64,000 bases of DNA from the human T2T-CHM13v2.0 reference genome, Homo sapiens: the NCBI RefSeq assembly GCF_009914755.1, contig NC_060933.1. One strand, given 5' to 3'. Shown one piece after another: positions 30,117-43,249 of the stretch. Each line of letters begins with the position of its first letter. Position 1 is the first letter of the stretch. A program made the translations under genes and the position numbers. The notes beneath the pieces were generated by a model, which saw only the letters and a program-made list of their open reading frames with translations, did not search any database and was not told where the DNA came from.

Positions 30117-31379
30117 ATGCTAAGTCACTACACTACATCGTTTATTTTCTATTACGTCTCATTCTTCCCTTTCTAAATGGAAATTTTTAAAACCTACATT
30201 ATTTTCCCTCAAACAATTTATTTTCACAATTCATATTTATTATAGATAGCAGAAGTAATCCATTTTAATATGGCCTTTAAAAATTCCAAATATTTGAGGT
30301 TGAAAATGTCCTGGCTTTTAAAATAGGAAATTTACTATTTATGAGACTTCTAAAAGAAAAGAATAGGAGGGCATGTAAATATATTCCCCATTTATTTTTC
30401 ATCACCCCCCAACAAGCTGGAAAACCATTTGAGATCAATTTGGAATGTAGTGGCCAACATGTACTCAGGGAAAATAAAAGGCCATATATATATATATATA
30501 TATTTTAAGCACTAGAATTTTCAAAACTTATTTCTTAAAAAAAAAAAAAACTCTGAAAAGACTTTGCAACTAGAAAGGTTTAAGTGTTACTCGGCGTCAG
30601 GGGACGGAGTGGGGGGAAACCAGACAAGAACGCCCATCATGAATTGCTCCCCACAAAGAAAACAAATTTCTAGGAACTTGGCTGTTTTGCCCTGTCCTGA
30701 GTGGGGTTCCCGATTCCGTGCCGCTTTGAGGGAAGCTGCTCTGTGAATGTGAGAAAGTTTTTCCCCCAGCCCCCATCTACTCCCCACCCCCAGCTATGAA
30801 TTTCTTATTTCAGGAGGGAGGACAAACATGGAGACACACATTTTTACAGTAGTCTAATTGGCCGATTTTTCTCCGGCTTCTCTTCTCCATCCCGTCTCTT
30901 GGAATTTCTTGGCATGCCCTACCTGAGATCCCCTACGGGAGATTTCCTCTTGGCTCCTGTGGTTCTGAGGACGTTCTGAAAAGTTCCCAAGCCCCACCTT
31001 TGGTAGCTGCCCAGACCCCAGCTTCCAATTCTTCCCTCTTCTTTGCACAGGTAGCCGTCAGCCCCATAGCACCACCAGCGTCCAAAATAGACCACTTTTA
31101 GCAAATCCGGCAGGGCTGGGGCAGTCTAAGAGTTTGGAAACAAACTGAGAATAGAGGGGTCCTATTTCATGCCAGGTTCTCGCTGGTTTACGTTCCAACT
31201 CCCCTCTGTCCGTTGTGCGAAAACGTCTCCAGGCCGACCTTCTTTCATTTATTGTCAACAAACGTCCTGGGAGAGCGGCTACAGCCGGCCACTGAACCCA
31301 GAAGGGACTTTCTCTAGGCTTTCTTGGCACCCTCCCAATTATCTTCCTTCTCTTGCCCGAGGGCAGACCAACACAGCTA

Positions 31380-33140
31380 CGAAAGTGGGTGACTGAGGGT
31401 CAGACCCCTTCCGGGAACCGCCTCCAAGCTCCTAATTTTTGCCTAATGTTAAACCATATCCAAAGATGAATATTTAAACAATCAATTCAGCGGCGGAGTA
31501 AATTAAACGTTATTCTCCGATCAAACAGGAGCTTCGGGTCCACTTGTTTGGAAGCACCCAGGCGGCTTGGAGAGGTCCGGCCTTCGGGTGCGACCCGCAG
31601 GGGTTGCCTTGCCCGGCTCGCGGAACGGACGTTTACCTGTCGCAGCTACGAACCCACCAACGACACCAAGCACTTACCAGGCAGACCAGGCGTCGTGGAG
31701 GCGCCCCAGCCCCCCCACCCCCCCGCAACGACGCGTCCCAGGGGTGCGTAGTGCTTGGCGCGGTGACCAGACCTGGCCGCCTTCCTGACTGCACAGAGCA
31801 AGAGGCCACACTCTGGATCCCAGGCCGGGTCCCTGTGGTTCTGGGAGGGAGGTCCCAGACGCCTCCCAGATCTCGGGCTTCTGTAACCCTGAGGCTGGGT
31901 TTTAAATCACGGCTCTTCCAAGTTACACGAAGAGTCCATGGTCAAGGGTCAAGGGTGGTCTTCGACCCTCGGGATCGTCTTCTTGAGAAATGGCTGAGAG
32001 CTAAGCCTAGAGCTGCCCAGGGAAGGAAGCCAAAGAGCTGGAGCCGAGCGCGAAGGGCTGGGAGGCGCGGGGAGGCCCCTTACCCCCGCCCACCCCCCAC
32101 ACTGTCCTGCCCGCTAATAACGCTGATAATAGTAACAGTATCGGCCAACTGTTTCCCCCCTGCTCCTGGTCTGCCAGGCACCGGATCCTCCTTTAGCACT
32201 CCCAGCACTCACTGAAGAAGACACTATGGAATTCTCCGTTTTCCAGACTAGAAATAAGTAACTCGGAGAAATTAAGAAATTCTCCCGACGACCCTCAGGC
32301 AGTAGCACCTGGCCAGGTTTGCTTTCTGAACCACTAACTCCACTCGCGCACGCCACCTTTCCTGCCTGGGCCTCTTGCGGGTCGCAGGGGTGGAAGCCTG
32401 ACCTGGGCCAGGGCCCGGATTTCTTCCTCCTGGCCTCTGTCCCACCGCCCCCGGTGCCAGGAAGCGCTTTTCTCTCCCCGAGACCCAGACGCGCCGAAAG
32501 ACTTGCGCGGTCAGTTCCCTACCCCACGCCCTGGGCTGTGCGTTTTCTTGCAAGCCTCTGCCGAGTGCGGGGAACGGCGCCTCCAGACTCCCCCAGACCG
32601 CGCTCCGGCTCACGCCTAACTAGAGCACCCTGCTTCACAGAGGGGCGTTCTGCGCGTTCTTCCTCCCTGGTGTGATTTTCGTTCTTTTTCCTCTCGTGGT
32701 CCCCAAGAACCCAGGCACCCCTCGACATAGGTGCCGGCGGTACCGGGAATCCCTCCCCTGGACTCCCTGCGGGCCCGAAGCCACCTTCTAATCCCAGCCG
32801 CCTTCCCAAGGCGGCGGAGGTGGGCAGCTCCGGGCTCCGCGCCGCCCCGCGAAGCCGGAATTTCTCTTCGGAGTCTTGATACAGCTCTCCACTTCGTCGC
32901 CCCGCACTGGATCCTGGTAGCGTGAAACTTGCCCAGGAAGCTGGGCTGCGCTGGCCTGGGGTGAAGGTCCAAGAGACGAGGGGGCCGGGACGCGGGGCTG
33001 TCGCAACGACTGGCCCTCTGCGAACCCTCAGGCCAGCAGGTTCGGGACTATAGGAGTGGGAGTGGAGGTGGTGGCCACTGGAGAGTAGAGAGAACGTCCA
33101 GGAACCGGTGGACTAGGGGTCCCCGGCGGCTGGCCGAGGG
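31380..33140. promoter_or_regulatory. CpG island downstream of FOXD4L
   Basis: Non-repetitive, GC-rich, CpG-dense sequence bounded by AT-rich flanks. Confidence 0.7.
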
Positions 33141-34419
33141 TTGCAAGCAGAGGGGACTGTCGGTTGCCAGCAAGTCCCAAGCAGATGCCTTCTGGCAGGG
33201 CAGTAACATTCTACAGTGCCGATTCTGTGTACATTGAGTATCCAAAATGAATAAAATCTGTTTATACATTGGAATGTAGCTTATGATTCCAAAATCTCAT
33301 CTCCAGGCTGCCTAGATCACACGGCCCCGTTTCATTCATTTTTACTTAATAACGGTCGTTAGACAATTTAGAGAAACAGCAGAAACCACGAGAAAAATAA
33401 TGGAATCAAACGGCGGTAAGGACTAACAAGGCTGGCGGGGAGATTTAGCAAATGGTGGCTTCTGAGAGTTTGCACCAGTCCTTCACCACGTTTTATTGGA
33501 AGTGTGGAGAGTCATGATTCTCATTCCTCCCCAGCCTTCCGGAAAAATGCTCAGAAATTTCTTTCCACATTGACACCTGATTACAGTCTAAATAGTAACC
33601 TTATTCTGATTGTTAATGTAACCTTCTCGTAATTTCTACAAAAATACTTTAGTTTTTCTAGCTGTGTTTTCATGTAATCACTGAAATTATTTTTAATTGG
33701 TTTTAAGCATTCATTGATTCCATATACACCACCTGCAAAAAAGTTACATAGGTGATCGCTAACAATACTAGAATTCGCCCCATCCAAAGAAAACATTAGA
33801 GTAGAAAAAGAAAAAGGATTTGAGAATCCAGTATGAAATTCAGTTAATCATTATTTCCCTGTTACTCAACTACCTTAACATTGTCAGGTTTACCTGAACA
33901 TAAACTTCATTTTCTTAATTGTTCTTAGAACAAAGGGATATGTTTATTGAAATCAGTAATTAAGAATATTTTGGGACAGTTATGATTTACTTAGCCAGTG
34001 AAGCAGTTTCTATTCCCAAATCCAGGCAAAGAGAACAATAAGATTAAACGTAGCCTAAGAGATTTCCTTTTTGTCAAATAATGTGATTTTGCTGTGTATA
34101 GAGGAGATGTCTATATGTAAGGGCATATTTATGACCAGTAGTTCCTAAAATTAAGGGGACTATTATTGTGTTACTCAAGGTATCAGTTGTATAGCATACA
34201 TTATGTCATATTTCAAACAATGTTTATAAAGAGATTAGTATAATTAACCTGTATGTACTTCTCCTCTGGGCCAACCTTGTGTCTTCTTTATCTGCTGACA
34301 GTCCCCTCCCCACTGAATTATTTTGAATCAAATCCCAGATAGTCTATCATTGTATTGTATTTTTGAATATTTCTCTAAAAGATAATAATTCCATCAGTGA
34401 GACTGGGTGCAGTGGCTCC

Positions 34420-34525
34420 TCCCTGTAATCCCAGCTCTTTGGGAGGCAGAGGTTGGCGGATCACTTTAGGCCAGGAGTTCAAGACCACCCTGAGCAACAT
34501 AGCAAGACCCCATTTATAAAAAAGA
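34420..34525 (+). mobile_element. FLAM Alu monomer inside an old L1ME-like fragment
   Basis: Single left-arm Alu monomer with short A tail. Confidence 0.7.
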
Positions 34526-36179
34526 AGATTCCCATCAATGTAACCACAATACCATTATCACACCTAAATAATCCATTATTAGCATCGGTTTATCCAGGCA
34601 ATATTTAAATATCTTCAATTGTCTAAAAACTTTTTGTTTAGTTGGTTGGTTTGAATTAGAATGCTAATAAGGGTTACGTATTGTGTTTGGTTGATATGGG
34701 CTATTATATCTCTTTTAGATTTCCTCAATCCTCTTTTTTTGTTTCCCTTGCATTTTTTATGGGAGAAACGGAACTGTTTGTTCTGAAGAAGTTGACATTC
34801 TGGACTTTGTAGCTGCAGGTAATAGTTTTTTGGCAAGATATTCCCAGGGATAAGGTCATTTATTCAGACTTTTGAATATTGGCAAATAACAATATTGTTT
34901 GTAGAGGGAGAAGGATTAGTCAAGATATTTTGAAGAATCAACTATTGAAAATACAAATTTTTATCAGAGTAAGCATGGATCTGTTAAAGATTATGTGAAA
35001 TTTTCCTAAATGCAAATACAATCTAAAATTGTAATGTCTTACAATTAAAAAATAGATTAGTTTCCATATATTTATAGAAATATAAATGATCAATCAACTA
35101 TTTCATTGACAATTTTAAATCTAGTTTTATCTTGAGGAGAATAAAGTTTTTTATATCTTTAGTATTTTAGTTGAAGATCCAAAGACATTTTATGTTAAAA
35201 CTTTAGGTTTTATATTGTTTTGTGTTTTAAAACATAAAATCTAAAATGTGGTAGTATCCATGAGGTGCAGATAGAGTAATAGCACAAATTCTGTGTTCAT
35301 GAAAATTCATTTTAGGATACCTTAATTAAAAGGACTCAGGATTTGAATGATATTAGATTAGACAGAAAAAAGTTCACTTGAGTGTAAGACATAAGTAATA
35401 AAAACCAAAGGTAGCTAACTTTTTTAGGCTTCTTCTTTCTTTAACGAGTATGCATATGAAATAAAATTTCCATGTCCATGTCCATTTTTCCATGGTACAT
35501 AGGGCTTCTATAATTTCGTCTATTTCATCCTGCAGTTATTTTCACGGGTTTCTGTGTCCACCACTATCTGGAATCTCTGAGATGGTGAAAACAAAATCTT
35601 ATTCTTCTTTATATTTCAAACAATTCCTAGCACATTATCAAAAATACCTGATAAAATTTATTGTGTCTGTAATACTGGTAAGCATGTAAAAGGGTGGTAA
35701 ATATATAGGCTTTAAGTTTAGATAGATCTAAATATTATTAAAATTACCAAATTATTGTTTTTAAAAAGTATTATTTTCCTAGGACAAATAGAGATTTTTC
35801 GATAAGGCTGGATTTGTAATACTTTAAGCAACAGGTCACAGTGCTTAAGTATTTAATGCCGATTTGGCAAGCAGCTGATGTTTTATATAATGCTGTCGGG
35901 TATTTTATATTTGCGTGTATTTTCTGATGCACTGGATCCAGCACTTCATGTCACGTCATATATCTGTTTATAATATATACAAATGTATTTTCATATATAT
36001 TTGATGTTTGATGGCTTTGAAACTTTAATCTTGAAATAGATTTTAAATTTTTATTAAAACTATTTAAATAATTACCATAAGGAAAGAGCTCTTATTAGTT
36101 GAAAGAAAATGTAGATTCATGTTTCCTTGGAGACTAGTCTAGTTTCCAAGGATAGACGGCAGTGAGGAGTTGGGTATCT

Positions 36180-36410
36180 AGATGGAATTTCTGTTGGTTT
36201 GGATTCCAGCTCTGCTGCTTACCAGCTTTGTGACCTCAGGCAAACAACTTAACCTCTCCAAGCCTCAATTTCCCCATCTATATAATGGTGATATTTACAA
36301 GTTTCACCTTATAGGGCCATGGTGGGGATCACATGAAATAGTGTATGTGAAGTGCTTAGCACAGTGCCTGGCACATACTCAATGCTCTATGCAAGTCAGC
36401 TAGTACTTAA
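36180..36410 (+). mobile_element. MIR
   Basis: MIR core (GTGACCTCAGGCAAACAACTTAACCTCTCCAAGCCTCAATTTCCCCATCTATA) and L2-like tail AGCACAGTGCCTGGCACATA. Confidence 0.85.
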
Positions 36411-37349
36411 TGATGCTAATAAACATGTTGTGTCCCTAAGCACGGGTGGGATCTTGCCTGACGTCCTTCTCTCTGCGTCCTGGTCAGTCTTCACATGGTG
36501 GGCATCCTTTATTTCCGGTCACACACGGGTGGTACACAGAGCATGCTGTTTCTTTCCTGCCAGAAGGTTCCTGCTGCAGCTCTCCTGCTAGTTTAGCTTA
36601 GCCTTCTGGTTTGAGGGACGAGTCACATGTACCATCACTTCCCAGGACCAACAGGACCTTTCAGGAAAGCTATCCCTGCTTACACAGAGAATTGCCCTTG
36701 CCTAACACTGAAGCCTGGCAGAGTAACATGAAATAACCACAGCAATTCTAAAATTAGAATTAGCATGCCTAGAATAACAGGTATAACCTTCTCTTGTACT
36801 TTATCACTTGCTTCATTTGTGCTCAGCCTAATTTTCACTTGATGTGTAGATTTATTTTTTGTTCACCCATCCAGAAAATGTTGACTGAGGAATTACTCTG
36901 TGTTAGGTGCTGTTGTAGGAGCAAGGGATACAATGATGATCAAGGCAGATGCAGCCGTTACCTTCAGGTTGTGGAGTCCGGATACAGACTGGAGGCAGGC
37001 AGCTGTAAGATGTGTGAGAAATGCTGCGCTGGATCAGCCCACGGTATTAGGAGAGCAGGTAAGGAAGGGTGGGGACAGGAGCGGACAACCTGGAGGAAGA
37101 GGCACCTAAGCAGAGTCCGGAAGGCTGAGGAGGAGTCAGCAGGTAAAAGAGAGGGGAATCATGACATGCCATCTCAACTGTAGGGCACGGCTAGCTGGCT
37201 GACTTAGCTGCTGTAACACCGGATTTTTGCAAGACTCCCTGAGTATTTCTCGTGGACTTGCGAACAAATCTGAGCAAGAAAACCACGTAATTTCTTTTAT
37301 GCCCTGCCCAAGAAAGCCACCTGGAGGGGCGAGGGGACCTTAGCAGAAA

Positions 37350-40300
37350 GAAGCTGGAGGTGGGGGGAGAGCAGGGTGATATTACTCTCCATATGGTGGG
37401 GGGTGAACACCTCCCTGTCATATGGCTCGTAATATCCAGCGGGGGAGAGGGGGTTGACTTTCCCCTACGTTATTGGTAATATCACCCCCCTCTCTCCTGC
37501 TAAATATTAAGTACAATATCACAGGTGGGGTGTACACCCCCGGCGATGTTTGAAGTAATATCAACTTCTCCCCCTCTGGATGTTAGAAACAATATCACAG
37601 GGGGGTGTACACCCCCCTGCGATCCTGGGAGTAACATCATCCTCTTTCCCCCGGATATTACGAACAATATCACGGGGATGGGGTTGCACACCCCCTGCGA
37701 TATTGAAAGTCATATCATCTTCTTTCTCCCCGGATATTAGGAACAATATCACAGAAGGTGTTTACAACTTTTGCAATGTTGGGAGTAATATCATCCTCTC
37801 TCACCCTAGATATTCAGAACAACATCACATGGGAATTGTACCCTTCTGTTTATTGAGAGTAATATCATCCTCTCCATTTCTGTATATTAGAAACAATATC
37901 ACAGAGGGCTGTGTACACCCCCAGGAATGTTTTGAGTAATATTATCCTCTCTCTGCCTGGATATTTGGAACAATATGACAGGAGTTGTGTACACCCACTG
38001 TGATATTCGGTTTAATATCAACTTCTATCCCCTGGATATTGGGAGTAATATCTATCTTTAGCCCCTGGATATTAGGAACAATATCACAGGAGGGGTGTAT
38101 ACACACGGCGCTATTGGGAGTAATATCATTTTCTCCACCCCCTGATATTAGGTACAATATAACAGTGGGGATGTGTACCCCCTGGGATATTGGGAGTAAT
38201 ATTAATCTCTTCCCCTGTGGATGTTAGGAACAATATCACAGAAGGGGTGTATACCCCCAGCGATATTGGGAGTAAGATCATCCTCTCCCAACTTGGATAT
38301 TAGGAACAATATCACAGGGGAAGTGTATAACCCCTGCGATATTGTGAGTAATATCATCCTCTCCCAAAATGGAGATTAGGAACAATATCACAGGAAAGGT
38401 GTACACCTCTTCTGATATTTGTGGTAATATCATCTCCTCCCCTCATTGATATTAGGAACGATATCACAAGGTGTGTACAGCCCCTGTGATATTGGGAGTA
38501 ATATTATTCTCTCTTCCCCTGGATATTAGAAATAATATCACAGGTGGAGTGTACAGCCAACCCCCTGCGATATTGGGGGTAATATCATCCTCTTTTAACC
38601 TGGATATTAGGAACAATATCACAGGGGGCTTGTACACTTCTTTTGATACTGGGAGTAATATCATCCTCTCCACAAGTAAATAGTAGGAAAAATATCAAAG
38701 AAGGTGTGTACACCGCTTGTGATATTGGGAGTAATATCATCCTACCTCACCTGGATATTAGAAAAAATATCGGGGGGCGTTTACACCACCTGCGATATTG
38801 GGAGTAATATAATTTTCTACCCCAGTGGATATTTAGAACAATATCACAGGGACAGTGTACACCCTCTGAGATATTGCGAGTAATATCATTCTCACCCCGC
38901 CGCCCCCACCCCAGATATTAGGAACAATATAACAGGCAGATTATACACCTGCTGCAACATTGAAAGTAATATCATCCTTTTCCCCCTGGATATTAGGAAC
39001 AATATCTTATGGGGGGTTTACAGCCCATTCCATTTTGGGAGTAATATCAACTTCTTCATTGCTGGAAATGAGAAACAATATAGCAGTTCTGGTGTACACA
39101 CCCTGTGATATAGGCAGTAATATCATAGACTCTCCCCCGGCATATTAGGAACAATATCAAAAAGGGGTGTATAACCACAGCGATTTTGGGATTAATATCA
39201 TACTCTCCCCCCTGGATATTAGGAACCATATCAAAGAAGGAGCGTCTACCCCTTGCGATAGTGACAGTAATATCATCCTCTCCCTCCCTGGATATTAAGA
39301 ACAATACCACAGAATTGGTGTACACCCACTACGATCATGGGAGTAATGTCATCCTCTAACCCCTGGATATTAAAAACAATATCACAGAGGAGGTGTACAC
39401 CCCTCGCGATATGGCCAGTAATATCATCGTCTCCTCCACTGCGTATTAGGAACAATATCAAAGGGGTGTGTACACCTCCTGCGCTATTGGGAGTAATGTC
39501 ATTCTCTTTTCCCCTGAATATGAGGAATAATATCACTGATGGGGTGTACAACTCCTACGATATAGGCAGTAATATCATCCTCTCCCAACCTGGATATTAG
39601 GAACAAAATAACAGGACATGTACACCCCCTGCGATACTGGGAATAATATCATCCTCTCTCCCACTTAATATTAGAAACCATATCCCAGGAAGAGTGTAAA
39701 CCCTCTGAGATATTGAGAGTAATATCATCCACTCCCTACCTAAATATTAAAAACAATGTCACGGGAGGGGTGTACACCCCTACAATATTGGGAGTAATAT
39801 CATCCTCTCCCTCCCTATATATTAGAAACAATATAAAAGGGGTCGCGTACACCCCCTGTGATATTGGGAGTAATATCATTCTAATCCCCCCTGGATATTA
39901 AGAAGAATATTATACAGGGGATGTACACCCCTTGACATATTGTGAGTCATATCATTTCTCTTCCCTTGGACAATAGGGACAACATCACAGGGGGGGTGTC
40001 CCCTGTTATATTGAAATTATTATCATCCTCTCCCAAACTGAATTTTAAAAACAACGTCACGGGGCTGCTGTGACCCAAGTAATATGGACAGTACTATCAT
40101 TGTCTCCCTCCCTAAATATTAAGAACAGTATCACAAGAGGGGTGTACACCCCCTGCGATATGGCCAGTAATATCATCGTCTCTGCCTTTGGATACTAGGA
40201 ACAACATCACAGAGGGTGTGTACACCCCCTGCGATATTGGGCATAATGTTAGCCTCTCTTCCCCTGGATATAAGGAACAATATCCCTGGTCGGGGGAGGT

Positions 40301-41595
40301 GGAGTACATTAAGAACAATATCTGAAGGAGGTGGGTGTACACCCCCTGAGATATTGCGTGTAGTATCATCCTCTCTTTCCTAGGATATTAAGAACAATAT
40401 CAAAGGAGGGGTGTACAGCCCCTGAGATATTGGGAATAATATCACCCTATCCCCCTCTCGATATAAGGAACAATATCCCAGGGTGGGTGTACATCCTCTG
40501 CGATATTGGGCGTAATGTCATCATTTCCCAACGTGGATATTGGGAATAATGTCCCAGGGGGGTGTACACCTTCTTCGATATTGGGAGTAGTATCGTCCTC
40601 TCCCCTCGGGATTGTAGGCAAAATATGCAAGGGGTTTTACAGCTCATGCGATATGGGCAGTAATATCATCCTCTCTCCACCTAGATATTAGGAACTATAT
40701 CACAGGCGGCTGTACACTTGTTACGATATTGGGAGTAATATCATCCTCTCCCATCATGGATATTAAGAACAATATTCCAAAGGAGGTGTACACCCCCTGC
40801 GATACTGAGAGTAATATTATGCTCTCCCCTTCGGGTTATTAGGAACAATATCGCAGGAGGTGTGTACAACCCCTGTGATATTGGGAGTAATATCGTCTTC
40901 TCCCCCTGAATATAAGGAACAATGTCACAGGAGGATATACACCCCCTGGGATATTGGGAGTAATATCATTTTCTCCCCCTCGAGATATTCGGAACAATAT
41001 CACAGTGGGTGTGTACAGCCGCTGCGACATTGCCACTAGTATCATCCTCTCCCTCCCAGGATATAAGGAACAATGTCACAAGGGGTGTACACCCCCTGCG
41101 ATATTGGGGGTAATATCTTCCCCTCCCCCGCTGGCTATTAGGAACAGTGTCACAGAAGGGGTGTCCACTCCCTGCTATATTGGGAGTGAGATCATCCTCT
41201 CTGTCCCTGGATATTAGGAACAATATCCCTAGGGAGTGTACACCTCCTGCAATATTGAGACTAACATCATCCTCTCGCCCCCTGGATATTAGGATCAATA
41301 TCACAGGGGTGGTGTACATCCCCTGCGAAACTGGAAGAAATATCATCCTCTCCACCTTTGAATGATAGGAACAATATCACGGGGGAAATCTACGCCCCCT
41401 GCGATATTGGGAGTCATATCATCCTCTCCCACCCAGGATATTAGGAAAAAAGATGACCGAAGGGATGTATACTCACTGCGATATTTTTCATAATGTCATC
41501 CTCTACTCCCTGGCAATTAGGAATAACATCATAGAGGGGTGTACACTTTCTGTGATATTGGGAGTAACATCCTCTACCCCTCGGATATCGGGAAC
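37350..41595. repeat. SATR1/SATR2-like satellite, ~75-bp monomers, orientation A (short inverted lead-in at 37350-37470)
   Basis: Consensus GGATATTAGGAACAATATCACAGGGGGTGTACACCCCCTGCGATATTGGGAGTAATATCATCCTCTCCCCCT; TAGGAACAATATCAC recurs at 38226, 38301, 38377. Confidence 0.88.
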
Positions 41596-42015
41596 AATTA
41601 TATTAAGTATTAATATTCATAAATATAATAACAATTAATAGAAATCATCGATATAAATAATTACTATAAAGATAGTAAAAGTTAATACGGATTAAAAATA
41701 TTAATGGTTACTATTAATAATTAATAGCAACCTCACTATTAATAATAACATAATGATATCGGTAATTAATGTTACTTAATTAAATCAATAAGTGATGTTG
41801 GTAATAAAACAATAATTAATATTAAGATTAATAACTAATATTGAAAAATGACAATACTAATAATTAATTTTAATCATGCATAATCATATTTAAAAAATCA
41901 TTAATGATTAGTAACGTTATGCTATTAATTAATATTACCATTGATAATTATTAAGACTGATGTTTAATAATTAGTAATATTATTAAGACTGATGCTTAAT
42001 AATTAATCATATTAT
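41596..42015. repeat. AT-rich low-complexity core 1
   Basis: Only 11 of 60 bases are G/C in 41641-41700; separates oppositely oriented satellite blocks. Confidence 0.9.
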
Positions 42016-43245
42016 TTCTCCTAATACCGTAGGGGGTGTACACCTACCTGTGATATTGTTCCTAATATCCAGGGATGGAGAGCATGATATTAGTTTTAAT
42101 ATCTCAGTAGGTGTACACTCACCCTATGACACTGATCCTAATATCCAGGGGATAGAGTATGACATGACTCCCAAGATAGCAATGAATGTACAGCCACTCG
42201 GTGATATTGCTCCTAATATTCACGGAAGAAGAGTATGATATTACTCCCAATATCGCAGGGAGTGTACACCTCTTCTGTGACATTGTTCCTGGTATCCCGC
42301 GGGGGAGAGGATGATAATAATTAAAGTATCGCAGGCTGTGTTCACTCACCCTGTGATATTGTTATAAATATCCTGAAAGGGAGAGGACGATATTACTTCC
42401 TATAACAGATAGATATTACTCCCCATAATAGAGCAGGAGGTGTACACCCACCGTGTGATACTGTTCCTAATATTCAGAGGCAGAGAGGTCGATATTACTC
42501 TCAATATCGCAGGAAGTGTACACCCCTGTGTGAGATGGTCCTTAATAATATTCCAAGGCAGAGGGGGTGATATTACTACATTTATCGCAGAGAGTGTACA
42601 CCCCCCCAGGGATGTTGTTCCCATGATCCTGGAGAGAAGAGGATGATATTAGTTTAAATATGACAGGTGTACACGCCCCCACTGATATTGTTTCTAATTT
42701 CAGTGTGGGAGAGGAGGATATGACACCCAATATCGCAGGGAGTAGAAACACACCTGTGATATAGTTCTTAATATTCAGGGTGGAAGAGGATGATATTACT
42801 CCCAATACAGACGGGTGTACAACCTCTGCACACCGAGGGTGTACACCCATCTGTCAAACAGCACATAATTTCCAGAGGGGGAGATATTACCCCCAATATA
42901 GTAAACAGGCTGTGAGTCCACCGTGGATCGTAATAACTCGGGGGGGAGAGGAGGTGGCTCTTACTCCCCATATCGCGGGGGGTGCCTCACCCCACTGCGA
43001 GGTGGATCATAATAGCGAGGGGGGGGAGAAGGGGTGGCTGTTACTCCCCATATCGCGGAGGGTGCCTCACCCCCCTGACATGTGGATCGTAATAAATAGC
43101 CGGGGTGGGGAAGGGGGTGGCTCTTACTCCCCATATCTCAGGGGGTGCCTCACATCCCTGCAATGTGGATCATAATAAATAGCTGGGGGGGAAAGGGGGT
43201 GGCCCTTACTCCCCATACCGCGGGGGGTGCCTCACCCCCTGCGAT
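42016..43245. repeat. SATR-like satellite, orientation B (inverted), ending in intermediate AT/GC monomers
   Basis: Monomers read CTGTGATATTGTTCCTAATATCC...GAGGATGATATTACTCCCAATATCGCAG, the reverse complement of orientation A. Confidence 0.85.
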
Positions 43246-43249
43246 GTGA

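Noticed and set aside
31544-32215. 223-aa ORF in the downstream CpG island
   Set aside because: Non-ATG start, Arg/Pro/Gly-rich composition expected from GC-rich DNA, no recognisable homology
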